From a virus (Duplodnaviria > Caudoviricetes): a stretch of DNA of 64,000 nt. This document shows positions 63,989 through 64,000 of the stretch, one piece after another (the stretch's first letter is position 1; each line of letters starts with the position of its first letter). The stretch spans positions 96,001 through 160,000 of the IMG/VR virus record IMGVR_UViG_3300017780_003104, one strand, 5' to 3'. The notes under the pieces were generated by a model that was not told the origin of the DNA, made no database searches, and worked only from the letters and a program-made list of their open reading frames with translations. The translations under genes were made by a program, and so were the position numbers.

Positions 63989-64000
63989 TTAAAACCGAAA

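Larger units (their letters stand above)
14761..64000 (+). repeat. Dispersed promoter-like motif AATTAAAACCGAAn-TA(T/C)AAT, about 30 copies, all on the + strand
   Basis: Exact examples at 24621-24640, 32332-32351, 36242-36261, 54602-54621, 58354-58373 and 61902-61921. Others near 14761, 16615, 19575, 21215, 23097, 24384, 26720, 27850, 33371, 34061, 35755, 40615, 41065, 41941, 42956, 43325, 45540, 47713, 51465, 60290, 61205, 62871, 63449 and 63986. Confidence 0.92.

Overview
This AT-rich 64 kb segment comes from a large T4-like (contractile-tailed) phage genome. 1-13.5 kb is a virion module: terminase large subunit C-terminus, gp3/gp18/gp19-like tail genes, baseplate and tape-measure genes, a GH24 lysozyme and a probable small terminase. 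13.5-64 kb is a dense accessory region of short cassettes, most headed by a repeated promoter-like motif (AATTAAAACCGAAn-TATAAT-N6-ATG, about 30 copies). It encodes RNA repair and translation rescue (four RNA-ligase-family proteins, a P-loop kinase, HD, 2H, HAD and metallo-phosphoesterases, Thg1, Pth2, YqeY, tRNA-Arg), an NAD/ADP-ribose toolkit (WGR-PARP, NADAR, macrodomain, Prs-like plus Nampt-like NARP1-type pair), rIIA/rIIB and five free-standing homing endonucleases. The standout is a Ro60/TROVE-like vWA gene (54674-56329) followed by nine head-to-tail Y-RNA-like units (56558-57460). The units share a closing stem plus CAGCAAA scaffold but carry different cargo: two circularly permuted tRNAs, isolated Asn(GUU) and Lys(UUU) anticodon stem-loops, a T-arm fragment and a 23S rRNA helix-69/70-like segment. 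Other structured non-coding RNA candidates lie at 40044-40606, 52106-52420 and 58851-59138. Protein calls rest on motifs read by eye and RNA structures on manual base-pairing; no database search or folding program was run.
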